From Flavobacteriales bacterium (GTDB lineage: Bacteria; Bacteroidota; Bacteroidia; Flavobacteriales_F; PHOS-HE28), in contig JADJCS010000004.1 in NCBI GenBank assembly GCA_016703105.1, positions 487 through 64,486 of the forward strand: DNA of 64,000 bases, given 5' to 3'. The notes below the pieces were generated by a model. That model saw only the letters and a program-made list of their open reading frames with translations, ran no database searches and was not told the origin of the DNA. The position numbers and the translations under genes were made by a program. Of this stretch, positions 20,679-31,393 are shown in pieces (position 1 is the stretch's first letter; each line of letters starts with the position of its first letter).

Positions 20679-21105
20679 CCGGTTATGCCGGGAACCACAC
20701 CCGGGGACGGTGCAGGCGCTTGGGGCTGGCGCGCGGGTCGCGTTCGGGCCGGGCGATCCCGTTCCCGCTCGGGGGGCTGGGCGGCTGGTGCTTTCTTCTT
20801 CATGTCGATCGGGATCTTCTCCCGAGGAACAGATCGCGTACCCCGGCCCACATTGCAGCGAGGCGGAGACCGAACGCTACCGGACCCGGCCCTCTGACCG
20901 AGCGCATGGTTACCGGCTGGGCGCTCCGGAACGGATACCCTGAGAAGCCGATACCCCGCAGTGTAGCGATCATGCCCCAGCGGCTGTAAGGACCACTTTC
21001 CCAGTCCGCACCCCGCGCCCTACGCCACAGCGGAAAGCGGGGCGGGGGGCCTGGCGAGGGGCCCATGGAACGCCTTTGGCCGAGCCTGCGGAAAACCACC
21101 TACCC

Positions 21106-21606
21106 ATGATGATCACCTCCCCGTTCAACCTGGCCCTGTTCTCCTTCACGGGCTGCCTGCTGCTGGCCAGCTGCGGCACCACCCCCACGGAGCAAAAGGC
21201 CGAAACCGATCAAAAACTGGAGAAGATCGAGGACAAGATGATGGACGCTTCCGCCGCGAACACCCAGGCCGCATGGGAGAACGAGCGCACTGTGATCCTC
21301 AACGATCTCCGCCAGCTTCGTGACGACATCGACCGGAAGCTCGCCAACACCAATGAGAAGTTGGCCGATACGAAATTGAAGCCGAGCGACCGCAACGACC
21401 ACGAAGCGTTGAAGACCGAACTCACCCGGGAGAAGAACAAAGTGGAGGACCTGATCGTCAAAGCGGAGAACGCCACCGATGCCACATGGAGCTCCGCGAA
21501 GGCGGAGATCGAGACGAGCTCGGAAGAAGTGAAAGGATGGTGGGCCCGCCAGAAGGAGAAGGTCGATAAGAAGACCACCGTGGACAAGGATAACGACGGC
21601 CACTAG
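21106..21606 (+). CDS. Lipoprotein of unknown function, paralog of 57513..57998.
   Basis: Lipobox LLLASCG. Both paralogs end ...WW.RQKE.VDKKT...DKD.DGH. The gene ends in TAG. Confidence 0.75.
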   Translation: MMITSPFNLALFSFTGCLLLASCGTTPTEQKAETDQKLEKIEDKMMDASAANTQAAWENERTVILNDLRQLRDDIDRKLANTNEKLADTKLKPSDRNDHEALKTELTREKNKVEDLIVKAENATDATWSSAKAEIETSSEEVKGWWARQKEKVDKKTTVDKDNDGH

Positions 21607-21747
21607 CGTTGTGCGCACGGCCATCGTCCGGTTGGACGTGCCACTCACGGAACGGCATCCTTCGGGATGCCGTTCCCGTTCTCCACGGGGCCCCACACTA
21701 TATTCATTGTCCAGCCCACAAGTACGCACCCCCGCAACACGTCCCAC

Positions 21748-22539
21748 ATGGAGCTTGCCATCGCCCTTGCCCAAATGGAGATCGCTCCGAGCGATCCGAT
21801 CAAGAACCTCGAGCGCATGGACCAGCTCGTGCGCAAAGCGAAGAAGCTAGGTGCCCAACTGGTCGTCTTCCCGGAAGATGCCGTGTGCGGTCCGCTGCAA
21901 GGGCAACTGGACTTCGTGGTGCATGCCCCGGAATACTTCGCCCATTTCCAAGCGCTCGCGATAGAGCAGACCATCGATATCGTACCGGGCACATGGACCG
22001 TGGCGGAGAATGGCTTGTTGTACAACCAGGCGCACTACATCAACGCGGATGGGACGCTCGCAGGCATTTACCGCAAGATCAACCTGTGGGGAACGGAAAA
22101 AGCCCGCATCACACCCGGCACGCTCACCTCCGTCTTTCCCACGCGCTTTGGGCGGGTGGGCCTCATCATCTGCTGGGACATCGCCTTTCCGGCGATGTTC
22201 GTGGACATGGTGGCGCAGGGCGTGCAACTGGTGATCTCGCCCACCTATTGGTCCTTCACCAAAGGCCAAGATGAACTGGGCGCGGTGTTGGACGACGAGA
22301 TCCTTTTGATCGACTCGCTCTGTACCACACGCGCCTTCGAGAACAACATCCTGTTCGTTTACTGCAATGCTGCCGGGGAGTTGCCGGACGATGCGGGGGA
22401 CGCCGTGCTCTCCGGGCGCTCACAGATCACCCATCCGCTCCATAAAGTGGTGTGCAAGGCAGAGGGCAACAAAGAGGAGTTGCTCTTTGCTGAAGTAGCC
22501 CTTGATCCCCTTCCAGTGGCCGCACCGCTGCCCGCCTGA
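21748..22539 (+). CDS. Carbon-nitrogen hydrolase (nitrilase superfamily).
   Basis: LVVFPE...GLIICWD. Confidence 0.85.
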   Translation: MELAIALAQMEIAPSDPIKNLERMDQLVRKAKKLGAQLVVFPEDAVCGPLQGQLDFVVHAPEYFAHFQALAIEQTIDIVPGTWTVAENGLLYNQAHYINADGTLAGIYRKINLWGTEKARITPGTLTSVFPTRFGRVGLIICWDIAFPAMFVDMVAQGVQLVISPTYWSFTKGQDELGAVLDDEILLIDSLCTTRAFENNILFVYCNAAGELPDDAGDAVLSGRSQITHPLHKVVCKAEGNKEELLFAEVALDPLPVAAPLPA

Positions 22540-22621
22540 CGCCTGACGCCTGAAGGCCCGGCGCGCGCTACAAGCATCACTGCACGTCGGTCGGGTCCCA
22601 ACCACCCGGATACTCCTTCGT

Positions 22622-23893
22622 TCAGATCCACCACATCACCACCATGCCCAACACGGTGGCCAGGAAGATGGCGCCGAATCCCAAGCCCACCCAATTGCGA
22701 AGTGACTTATCGCCGAAGAACACCACGAGGAGGAACTTCATCACGGTGTTCGAAAGTGTCGCCAGCAGCACCGCGGTCATGCCTTGCAGGGTGTCGTCGA
22801 TGTCGGGCTTCCGTGCGATCGAGAGCGTGATGGCATCCATGTCCGTGGCGCCGAAAACCACGCTCGCCGCGTACAGTCCTTGCGCGCTATAGTGCTCGGA
22901 GGCGAGGTCCATGAGCCAGAGCACGGCCATGTACGCCACCGCGAACTGGATGGCCACATGGAAGTTGAGCGGGTTCTTCGTCGCGACCTCCACCGGGGTT
23001 TCCTTGCCAGCCCTCCTGTGAATGAGGAACGCAGCGCCGAGGGCCACCAATGTGATGATGGCGACGGGCAGCGCCAGTTGCAAGGCGAGATGCCGGTTCA
23101 CCACCCAGGTCTCCAACAGGATGCGCGGGTACAGCACCGCCGTGGCCGCGATGATGCTCACCGCGGCGATCACATGCGAGGCGTTCGGATGCTCCCGCGT
23201 GCGGCGCGATATGCTGAGCGTAACAGCAGTGCTCGAGACCATGCCGCCCACGATACCAGCGAGCAAGGTGCCTTTGCGCGCACCCAGGATCTTGGCCAGC
23301 AGGTAACCCGCCAAGCTGATGCCCGTGACGAGGATCACCATCGTCCAGATCTCGTGCAGGTTCCACACATCGTTGGGACCGAACGGCTCGTCCGGTAGGA
23401 AGGGCAGCACCACAGCGGAGATGATGACGAACTGGATGAAAGCGCGGATCTCCTCGGGTGAAAGCGTGGCGATGAAGCTGTGCAGCTTCACCTTCAACGA
23501 GAGCAACGACGTGATGACCACCGTGACGATCACCGAAAGAAGGATCTCTCCTTCGAATACCAGGGCACCGATCACAAAAGCGAGTATGCCCGAGAGCTCG
23601 GTGGTAATGCCATAGCTCCCGCTCTTCGCGGTCATGATGTACGTGGCGATCACCATCGCGATAAGGCCGAGGAGACCGGTGATGAACACCCAGACGCCGA
23701 AGCGTAGCGCGAGGAACGCGCACAGGAAACCGAACAGTGCTATGAAGGTGTACGTGCGCACACCCGCGAACTGTTCCTCCTTGTCCACCACGCGCTTGGC
23801 GTACTCGCGTTCCAAGCCGATGAGGAAGCCGAGCGCCAGGCTGATGATCAGCCGCACGAGAATATCCTGGAGTTCCTGGCTCAACGCATCCAA
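22622..23893 (-). CDS. MgtC/SapB family membrane protein with a DUF4010 extension.
   Basis: N-terminal ALGFLIGLEREY. Confidence 0.85.
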   Translation of the reverse strand: MDALSQELQDILVRLIISLALGFLIGLEREYAKRVVDKEEQFAGVRTYTFIALFGFLCAFLALRFGVWVFITGLLGLIAMVIATYIMTAKSGSYGITTELSGILAFVIGALVFEGEILLSVIVTVVITSLLSLKVKLHSFIATLSPEEIRAFIQFVIISAVVLPFLPDEPFGPNDVWNLHEIWTMVILVTGISLAGYLLAKILGARKGTLLAGIVGGMVSSTAVTLSISRRTREHPNASHVIAAVSIIAATAVLYPRILLETWVVNRHLALQLALPVAIITLVALGAAFLIHRRAGKETPVEVATKNPLNFHVAIQFAVAYMAVLWLMDLASEHYSAQGLYAASVVFGATDMDAITLSIARKPDIDDTLQGMTAVLLATLSNTVMKFLLVVFFGDKSLRNWVGLGFGAIFLATVLGMVVMWWI

Positions 23894-24060
23894 CCTAAGG
23901 AATTTCCCCGCCTTTGCGGATGACGATCGCCCCGAGGCATGTTGAACACATCATGATACACACCTGCCGAACGTTGATCCCAATGGGCCATGAGGTGATC
24001 CAGCCCACTACTGGGGTATACGATCCCCGATTCCTCCGCAGCCCTGTCCCCTGGCATCGT

Positions 24061-25281
24061 TCAACCGGAAGTGCCGGTCACCAACGCCGCGATGGTGAAG
24101 CCCATGAGCAAGAGCGTGAGGAGGATGGCGAACACCGGGATCACGGGTACACGGCCCAGGTGTAAAGGCATGCGGTACGGGCGCGCTAGCTCAGGCAGCC
24201 GGAGGCGCAGCATGATCGCCGATAGGTTCACCAGGATGAAGGTGAGGAAGATGCTCACCGTGGCGATGCGCGCCACGATGGCGATATCGCCGATCAGCGC
24301 GAAAGCGCTCGTCACCAACGCGATGAACACGAGGGCCGCCACGGGGGTTTTACGGGGGGAAAGACGGCTCAGCCAGCGCATCGAACCCAATTCGCGACCC
24401 ATGAAGGAGAGCACGCGCGAACTGCCCAGCAGGTTGCTGAGCAAGGTGTTGCTGGTGGAGAACAACGCCGCGATACCCACCACCAACAGGCCAGTGCGGC
24501 CCCAGCGTCCTTCCACGATCGCCGCCAACGGAGCTGGTTCGTTGGCGAGCTGCTGCCACGGCATGGCGCTCACCACCAGCATCGCCAGCGCCACGTAGAT
24601 CAACAGTACGATACCGTTGGAGATGAACAGCGCGCGCGGTATGTTGCGCTCCGGTGCGCGTGTTTCCTCGGCGAGTTTCACGATGTCCTCGAAACCCATG
24701 TATGCGAAGAAGCTCAGCGCTGCCGCGAAGAACAGTCCGTTGACGTTCCCATCCGGAAGCGCCAGCAGATCCACCTTGCCCACTTGCGGGAACGCGGCGA
24801 TGCCCACCGCGACAAGTCCCAGGATCTCCACCACGGTAAGGGCGATGTTCACCGTGCTCGACGCCTGTATGCCCCGGATGTTCACCAACAACAGCAGCCC
24901 GATGATGCCCAGCGCGACCGGCAACAGGGGCAGGTGTACGAGTTCCGTGAAGTACCCCGCAAAGCCCAGCGATACGGTGGCCGCACTGATAATACCGTTG
25001 AGCGCGATCAAGAGGCCGACCCCTGTCCCCGCCCGTTGTCCAAAAGCCTTCTGTGCGTAGATGTACTCACCGCCGGAACGCGGGAAAGCCGCGCTCAGTT
25101 CGGCATAGGAGAACGCGGTGAGGAATGCCGTGAACGAGGCGATGAGAAAGGCCAGCCAGGTGAGGTTGCCCGCTTCGCCCGCCACCTTTCCGATCAACGT
25201 ATAGATGCCGGCACCGAGAATGGACCCGACGCCGAAAAAGATGACGTGGCCGAGGCCGAGCGATCGCTGAAGGGTGGGCAT
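24061..25281 (-). CDS. APC-family amino acid permease.
   Basis: GVGSILGAGIYTLIGKVAG...EYIYAQKAFG. About 12 transmembrane helices. Confidence 0.85.
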   Translation of the reverse strand: MPTLQRSLGLGHVIFFGVGSILGAGIYTLIGKVAGEAGNLTWLAFLIASFTAFLTAFSYAELSAAFPRSGGEYIYAQKAFGQRAGTGVGLLIALNGIISAATVSLGFAGYFTELVHLPLLPVALGIIGLLLLVNIRGIQASSTVNIALTVVEILGLVAVGIAAFPQVGKVDLLALPDGNVNGLFFAAALSFFAYMGFEDIVKLAEETRAPERNIPRALFISNGIVLLIYVALAMLVVSAMPWQQLANEPAPLAAIVEGRWGRTGLLVVGIAALFSTSNTLLSNLLGSSRVLSFMGRELGSMRWLSRLSPRKTPVAALVFIALVTSAFALIGDIAIVARIATVSIFLTFILVNLSAIMLRLRLPELARPYRMPLHLGRVPVIPVFAILLTLLLMGFTIAALVTGTSG

Positions 25282-25300
25282 GGCGATCGCCGGTCAAGCA

Positions 25301-27625
25301 CTATGCGGCACGGGGCCGCGCGGTCCTTACCCTTAAAGAGAGCGATGTGCGCCGCACAATGCCGTGCAGGTCGGATATACCGCGGTCGAGCACTTGTTGC
25401 TGTTTCAACCGTTCACTGCGCTCCATGATGGACCGAGCGATCAGGTAACACACGGTGCTCTCCGCGCCCTGGTTCAGGTTCACGCTGTGCTCTTCAAGGC
25501 CATCGTAGCAGCCGCCGGAAGCACTGTTGTACATCACCTGGGCCAGGTGATTCCGGCCCAGGAACCACTCGAAGGCCAGATGCATCCTGCGCGCGTGCTC
25601 CGGATCGCCGAAGGTGTCGTGGAAGAGCGCGAGCGCGGAGATGGTGTACGCCACATCGATGGGTTGTTCCCCGAAGAGGTCAGGTTCGATGCCGGGCTTC
25701 TTCCACGTGCGGTTGGAGATCACGCGCAACATGTCGCCCTTGAACAAGTGGTCCAGCAAGAAGCTGAACGTGGCGACGGCTGTCTCACGGTACGTTGGAC
25801 GCTGCGTCTCCAGGTAGGCTAGCAGCATCGCCTCTGGAAGCACGGCGTTCCCATAGGTGAGGATCGGTTCGAACCAGTTCCAATCCGGGCTCGTGGTGGC
25901 GTTGTAAGTGTCCTGCAGGCGCGCAGCCAACCGGTCGATCAAGACGGTGATCCGCGCGCTGTGCTGGATATGGTTGTAAGCATACAGGCCTTTGATGGTG
26001 AAGGCGATCGCACGCGGTGAGGTGGATCCGCCCACCCAGTGCAGGGTTGCCTCGAGAGCGTTCCGGGCACGACGCGCCATGTCCGCAGGGAACATGTACT
26101 CGTTCGCCACGCAAACACCCAAGGCCCACAGCGCGCGTCCGTTGCTGTCGTCCAGGTTCTCGCCGTGGTTCTGTTGGGTGAATTCACCATCCGCATCGGC
26201 GTAATTCAAGAACGAACCGCCCGGCTGCTGACAGTGGATGATGTAGTCCAGGTAGCGCGAAGCCAACTCGCGTTCGTGATCGCTCCCGCCTTGGTTGCCA
26301 CCATGTATGCACAGCGCGATCAATGCGCGGGCGTTGTCGTCCAACGTATGTCCCGAACGGACATCGGGCTCGCTGATGTCGCAGAACTGCACCATGCCGA
26401 TACGGTCTGTCATGCGATGCAGATGGCTCAGGGTGACCGGGGGCCATCGGAACCGGAGCTGTGCGGCGGTATCGGTGCCCCGGACGAAGGTGCGGGCGTG
26501 GGCGATGGCCACGTTGTCCCACGCGGTGGCCCGCATCCGGTGCAGGGCGTTGCGACCCATCCGGTCTAGGCGCACGGGGTCCATGAGCAGGTCCACCGTG
26601 GCCTGTGCGAGCTGATCGGGGCGCTGGAAGTCGATCAGCACACCGGTACCATCATCGAGCACTTCGGCCGCATGCGGGATGCGTGTGGAGATCACTGGGC
26701 AACCGCAGCCCATGGCATAAGCGAACGTTCCGCTCACCGCTTGCGCAGGGTCTTTGGAGGTGAAGAGGTAGATGTCGGTGAGCTGTAGGTGCTCGAGCAG
26801 TTCATCCAGTTCCAGGTAGCGGTCCACGAACCGCACGTGGTCCTGTAGTCCGAGATCCTCGACCTTCTGCAGGAGCATCTGGCGGTATTGTTCCCCCTCC
26901 TGCCGGACAACTTCGGGATGGGTGCGGCCCAAAACGAGGTACAGCACGTTCGGCACCTGTTGTTTGATGTGGACCAGTGCGTCCAATGCCGTCTCGATGC
27001 TCTTGTTGCAGCTGAGCAATCCGAAGGTGGAGAGCACGCGGCGGCTGCGCACGCCATACTTCGCTTTCATCAGTTCCTTGTCCTGCCAGGTCACCACGTG
27101 TGTACCATGGGGGATCACTGTGATCTTCTCCGTGGGGATCCCGTATTCCTCGCGGAGGATCCCCGCTGACCTTTGCGTGAGGACGATCACATCCGTGGCG
27201 CGCTGGGCCAGTGCGCGGATCATCTCCAGCCGTTCGAGAGAAGGTGAGGGGAGCACCGTGTGGAAGGTGATCGCCACAGGCTTGTTCACCGCCCCCAGGA
27301 ACTGCAACAGGTAGTTCCCGGCGCCCCCGGGGAACAGCCCGAACTCGTGCTGCACCCAGATCAGGGAAATGCGCGGATCGTTGTCCACCTCCAATGCCAG
27401 GCGGATATGATCATCCACGTCGCTGGTGTTCAAGGTGTGTATGACCTCGTCCGGATAGTCGCGTGATATATTCCCATCCTCCAGCGCGCACACGCTGTAT
27501 CGGAAGGGTCCGTGGAACGTGCGACCGAGCGCGGTCACCAGGTCCTGGGTATAGGTGGCGATGCCACAAACGCGCGGTGGGTAGGACGTGAGGATCAACA
27601 CGCGATCCGTTGTTGGGGGGTTCAT
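25301..27625 (-). CDS. Bifunctional-looking protein. The N-terminus is a GT4 glycosyltransferase. The C-terminal 370 aa or so resemble an (alpha/alpha)6-barrel glycoside hydrolase (GH63, mannosylglycerate-hydrolase or debranching-enzyme-like).
   Basis: GT4 motifs (FGLLSCNKSIETALDAL...IYLFTSKDPAQAVSGTFAYAMGCGCPVISTRIPHAAEVLDDGTGVL). C-terminal segments DSNGRALWALG...GGCYDGLEEHSVNLNQGAESTV. Its start overlaps the stop of the upstream GH130 gene by 4 nt. Confidence 0.8.
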   Translation of the reverse strand: MNPPTTDRVLILTSYPPRVCGIATYTQDLVTALGRTFHGPFRYSVCALEDGNISRDYPDEVIHTLNTSDVDDHIRLALEVDNDPRISLIWVQHEFGLFPGGAGNYLLQFLGAVNKPVAITFHTVLPSPSLERLEMIRALAQRATDVIVLTQRSAGILREEYGIPTEKITVIPHGTHVVTWQDKELMKAKYGVRSRRVLSTFGLLSCNKSIETALDALVHIKQQVPNVLYLVLGRTHPEVVRQEGEQYRQMLLQKVEDLGLQDHVRFVDRYLELDELLEHLQLTDIYLFTSKDPAQAVSGTFAYAMGCGCPVISTRIPHAAEVLDDGTGVLIDFQRPDQLAQATVDLLMDPVRLDRMGRNALHRMRATAWDNVAIAHARTFVRGTDTAAQLRFRWPPVTLSHLHRMTDRIGMVQFCDISEPDVRSGHTLDDNARALIALCIHGGNQGGSDHERELASRYLDYIIHCQQPGGSFLNYADADGEFTQQNHGENLDDSNGRALWALGVCVANEYMFPADMARRARNALEATLHWVGGSTSPRAIAFTIKGLYAYNHIQHSARITVLIDRLAARLQDTYNATTSPDWNWFEPILTYGNAVLPEAMLLAYLETQRPTYRETAVATFSFLLDHLFKGDMLRVISNRTWKKPGIEPDLFGEQPIDVAYTISALALFHDTFGDPEHARRMHLAFEWFLGRNHLAQVMYNSASGGCYDGLEEHSVNLNQGAESTVCYLIARSIMERSERLKQQQVLDRGISDLHGIVRRTSLSLRVRTARPRAA

Positions 27626-28665
27626 CGGGCGGTCTTCTTCAATTGGGCGAGCAGGGCAGGGAGCTTCACGGATGCGACGGCCACACGCTCGTCGGCGGCG
27701 CCGTAGTAGATGTACAGGTCATCATCGAACACCACGGCTCCCGAAGGGAAGACTATGTTCTTCACATAGCCCGTCTTTTCGTAAGGCTCTTGTGGCGAGA
27801 TCAACGGATGGTCCAGCCGCGCGATCAGCTTGGATGGGTCCTTCAGGTCGAGCAACGCAGCGCAAGCGTGATAGACGAAGCCATGCGGCGTGTCTTCCGC
27901 GGAGTGATAGATCAGGAGCCAACCGTCCTCCGTCTCGATGGGGGGCGCTCCGCCACCGATGTGGCTGGATTCATGCAGGAGCGAAGGGTCCATCACGATG
28001 TGGCTCCTCAGGTCCATCAGGTAGTGCTCCCAGAACTTCCGGTCCACCTCGGCGGGATCATCGAAGAACACGATCTGGATCCCCGGATGGATGCGGTGCA
28101 GCAGCGCGAACTTCCCGTTGATCTTCTTCGGGAAGAACATCAGGTTCTTGTCCCACGCGAGCAGCTTGTCCGCGATCTCCTCGCCGAGTCCGTGCTCCTT
28201 CAGCATTTTGTAGTGGAAGAGGTACTTCGGGTTGAGGTCCGGACAGCAGTCGATGAGCTTCTTGAAATCGCGGTAGGTGAACTGCGGGGTGATCACACCG
28301 TGTTTGGTGAACGTCCCCAGGTCCTTCGATGTGGCGTATGCGCCCAATGCGTTCGTGCGATCGTAACCCGTGTACGTCAGGTAGTAGGTGTCCTCGATCT
28401 TCACGATCCGCGGATCTTCCATGCCTTGCGATTCGTACGCGTGTTCCGGGATGAGCAAGGGCTTCTCCGCGCGCTCCGCGACTTCCAAAGGCCCGTTGAA
28501 CAGGCAATGTCCTACGGTGGAGTAGTTGCCATGGCGCACCGCACGATAGAACATATGGACATTGTCGCCCACACGGAGACATGCCGGGTTGAGCGCCCCT
28601 GCGTTCTCAAAGCCGAGGTCGGTCTTGTCCAGTACCACGCCGTGTCGCTCTATCTTCAGGGTCAT
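27622..28665 (-). CDS. GH130 family glycoside phosphorylase (beta-mannoside phosphorylase-like).
   Basis: LNPACLRVGDNVHMFYRA...GMEDPRIVKIEDTYYLTYTGYD...DGWLLIYHSAEDTP...YYGAADERVAVASV. Confidence 0.85.
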   Translation of the reverse strand: MTLKIERHGVVLDKTDLGFENAGALNPACLRVGDNVHMFYRAVRHGNYSTVGHCLFNGPLEVAERAEKPLLIPEHAYESQGMEDPRIVKIEDTYYLTYTGYDRTNALGAYATSKDLGTFTKHGVITPQFTYRDFKKLIDCCPDLNPKYLFHYKMLKEHGLGEEIADKLLAWDKNLMFFPKKINGKFALLHRIHPGIQIVFFDDPAEVDRKFWEHYLMDLRSHIVMDPSLLHESSHIGGGAPPIETEDGWLLIYHSAEDTPHGFVYHACAALLDLKDPSKLIARLDHPLISPQEPYEKTGYVKNIVFPSGAVVFDDDLYIYYGAADERVAVASVKLPALLAQLKKTAR

Positions 28666-29140
28666 TCGCTGCGGAATATCATCGTTCGTTCAAGTATGCG
28701 GAGTGGTGTTTTTGCGCGGGAACAGGGATTCGCTCACGCATGGGTCATACGCACCTCATGCATCGGGAAGGATCACCCCGTTAGGCCGGATACTAGGAGC
28801 CGCTCCGCTTGATCCGGGGGCGTTTGTTGCCGCGTTCACTGCCCGCCTTCGGGATGTTGCCGGTGGGGTACTGGTGACGTTCACTTTCTATCTGTGAGCC
28901 GCGCTGGTCATGCGTAGGGCCGTGCTCGGCTGTTTGCCCGGGATGCGGCTCCGCAGACCTCTGACCCACGGTCATGAGGGCTTGGTGTTTTTTGCTGTCC
29001 ATGGCATGAAAAGCACAAGGACCGGGCCGGTGCGGCCGCGTACCTTCATGGCCGACGGACGACACGACGAAGCCGATCCATGCGGACCGCGACCTGCGCT
29101 TGATGCGGGAACGACTTCGGACCTACGAGTTGGACCAGCC

Positions 29141-29761
29141 ATGACCGAAGGAACGACCACCAAGCACATCGAAGCGATCCATGCGGCAGCGGTTTCCGCA
29201 CCCGTGGCCCGCGACGGCCGGCACCACATCGAGCTGAAGGTGCGCAACATCAACGCCCTCTTCAACTCCTTGGATCCAGCGCCCTTTCGGGAGAAGGACC
29301 TGGACGCGGCGGCAGAAGCCTTCATCGTAGGCTGGGCGGAAGAGTACCCCTTCGGCACACCGCTCAGCTTGCGCGTCCATGTCCAAGAAGCACCCATCGA
29401 AGAAGTCACGCCCATGGTGCGTGATGCGGTCCACAACTACTTCGCGTACCGTGGAGGCATCGTGAAGATGGAACTGCGACGGCTGATGAAACAGGGCCGT
29501 GTGAGCTTGCTCATCGGCATCGCGTTCCTTTCCACCTGCTTGTTCGTGAAGGCTTACCTGCTGCCGGATACCGGCGGTCCCGCTATGGAAGTGCTCCGCG
29601 AAAGTCTCGCCATCGCGGGCTGGGTAGCCATGTGGGAGCCTATGCAGATCTACTTGTACGGCTGGTGGCCGTTGCGCCGGCGTGGAAGCTTGTTCGCCAA
29701 CCTCGGTCGAATGCCGGTGGAAGTGGTGGTGACAAAGGGGAACGTGGTGGCGGCTCTGTAA
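29141..29761 (+). CDS. Hypothetical protein with two C-terminal transmembrane helices. An alternative start is at 29048.
   Basis: 206-aa ORF. Hydrophobic segments VSLLIGIAFLSTCLFV and LAIAGWVAMWEPMQIYLYGWW. Confidence 0.5.
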   Translation: MTEGTTTKHIEAIHAAAVSAPVARDGRHHIELKVRNINALFNSLDPAPFREKDLDAAAEAFIVGWAEEYPFGTPLSLRVHVQEAPIEEVTPMVRDAVHNYFAYRGGIVKMELRRLMKQGRVSLLIGIAFLSTCLFVKAYLLPDTGGPAMEVLRESLAIAGWVAMWEPMQIYLYGWWPLRRRGSLFANLGRMPVEVVVTKGNVVAAL

Positions 29762-30013
29762 CGGTTTCGGGCCGTTCGCCGCTCATCTCTCTTTACCGGC
29801 GCTCGGTTAAGCCACGGGGTCCCGAGTGCCTCTTGCACTGTTGGCCTCTGTCCGTTACCGCTCTTGGGGTCGCGTCAGGATTGTGACGGGAAAGGACCTT
29901 GGAACCGCCAGGGCCGATCGTACGACCAGCACGGGCGAAAGACGCGAGCGCCCTACGGGGATCTTAACGGGGTACCTTGTCGGGGCAGCGATACATACCG
30001 CTCCCCTTGCGCC

Positions 30014-31138
30014 ATGAACGAACCCGCCACACCCACGCATCAGCATGTGATCCAACCGGTGTACCAGAAGCTCGCACTCGTCGTGCTGGGCCTGGTCGCG
30101 TTCGTTTATGCCCTTGTGCAGGCGCAGCCCATCGTGGTGCCCTTGCTCTTCGCGCTGCTGCTGGCCCTGCTGCTGAACCCGTTGGTGAACTTCCTGGCGC
30201 GCCACGGCCTGAACCGCTTGGTGGGCATCACCTTCACCGTGCTGCTGGCCATGTGCTGCGCGGCCGGGCTGTCGTACTTCATCCTCACCCAGGCCGCGCA
30301 CTTCAGCCAGAGCTTGCCGGGCTTGCAGGAGAAGGTGGGCGCACTGGGCGGGAAAGTGCAAGCATGGTTGCTATCGCACACGGACATGGGGACGAAGACC
30401 GTGGACGACGCGATGGCCACGGCGAAGAAGGAGAGCATGACGCAGGGCGGTGCGCTGGTGGGCGGTGCCCTCATCACCATGGGCAGCGTGTTCGCTTTCG
30501 CCTTCCTGCTGCCGGTGTTCACCTTCCTCTTCCTCCTCTACAAGCGGCTGCTGCTCAACTTCATCGACCAGTTGTTCAGCCGAAACGAGCAAGGGACCGT
30601 ACACCACATGTTGCAGGGTGCGAAGGGCGTTGCGCAGAGCTACCTCATCGGCCTGATCCTCCAGGCGGGCATCGTTACGGTGCTCAACTTCATCGGCCTG
30701 CTCATCATTGGCGTGCCATACACATTGCTGCTGGCCGTGATCGCCGCCGTGCTCAACCTGATCCCGTACATCGGCATGATCATCGCCACCGTGCTGCCCA
30801 TGGTGATCGCCCTCGCCACCATGGAACCCAGCGCAGCTTTGTGGGTGCTGGCGCTCTATAGCGCGGTGCAGTTCATCGACAACAACTTCATCGTGCCCAA
30901 CGTGGTGGCTTCGCGCGTGGAGCTCAATGCGCTGGTGTCCATCATTGTGGTAATGGCAGGTGGCGCGCTCTGGGGCATACCGGGCATGTTCCTGGCCATC
31001 CCGCTAACGGCCGTGCTCAAGGTGGCCTGCGATCATGTGCCCGGCCTGAAGCCCTTCGGCTACGTGCTCGGCAGCGACGATGGCACGCCGCGTAAACCAC
31101 CCCTGCACACGCGCTGGTTCGGGAAGAAGAAGGGGTAA
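30014..31138 (+). CDS. AI-2E family transporter (PerM/UPF0118), paralog of c59229..60356.
   Basis: About 60% identical to the second copy. LNLIPYIGMIIATVLPMVIALAT...DNNFIVPNVVASRVELNALVSI. Confidence 0.85.
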   Translation: MNEPATPTHQHVIQPVYQKLALVVLGLVAFVYALVQAQPIVVPLLFALLLALLLNPLVNFLARHGLNRLVGITFTVLLAMCCAAGLSYFILTQAAHFSQSLPGLQEKVGALGGKVQAWLLSHTDMGTKTVDDAMATAKKESMTQGGALVGGALITMGSVFAFAFLLPVFTFLFLLYKRLLLNFIDQLFSRNEQGTVHHMLQGAKGVAQSYLIGLILQAGIVTVLNFIGLLIIGVPYTLLLAVIAAVLNLIPYIGMIIATVLPMVIALATMEPSAALWVLALYSAVQFIDNNFIVPNVVASRVELNALVSIIVVMAGGALWGIPGMFLAIPLTAVLKVACDHVPGLKPFGYVLGSDDGTPRKPPLHTRWFGKKKG

Positions 31139-31393
31139 GATCCCTCTTCGCTGCTCGGGTGTTCCGCCAGTCCCTTTGGCATTGCCACTCCTTGAAATAG
31201 CGTCTGACCTCCGATCGTCCAGGACCTGAAAAGACCATGGAACCGCAAGGGGCGGGCGCACGCTCTGCACACGCGAAACGCCTTAGCACCGGAGAGGGGG
31301 AACCAGGAAGTGGAATACGCCCGTTCTCGGCGTGGTTCTGCCATGCCAAGGAGCGCTGGCGGTCCTTGTTCCGCATGCGACCGACCACCGCAC

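Noticed and set aside
14127-21606. Possibility that TAG is reassigned to a sense codon, which would explain the in-frame ambers
   Set aside because: Two genes terminate at TAG exactly at conserved C-termini. One is the end of a T9SS C-terminal domain at 14127. The other is the lipoprotein at 21604, whose paralog ends at the same residue with TAA. TAG therefore functions as a stop.
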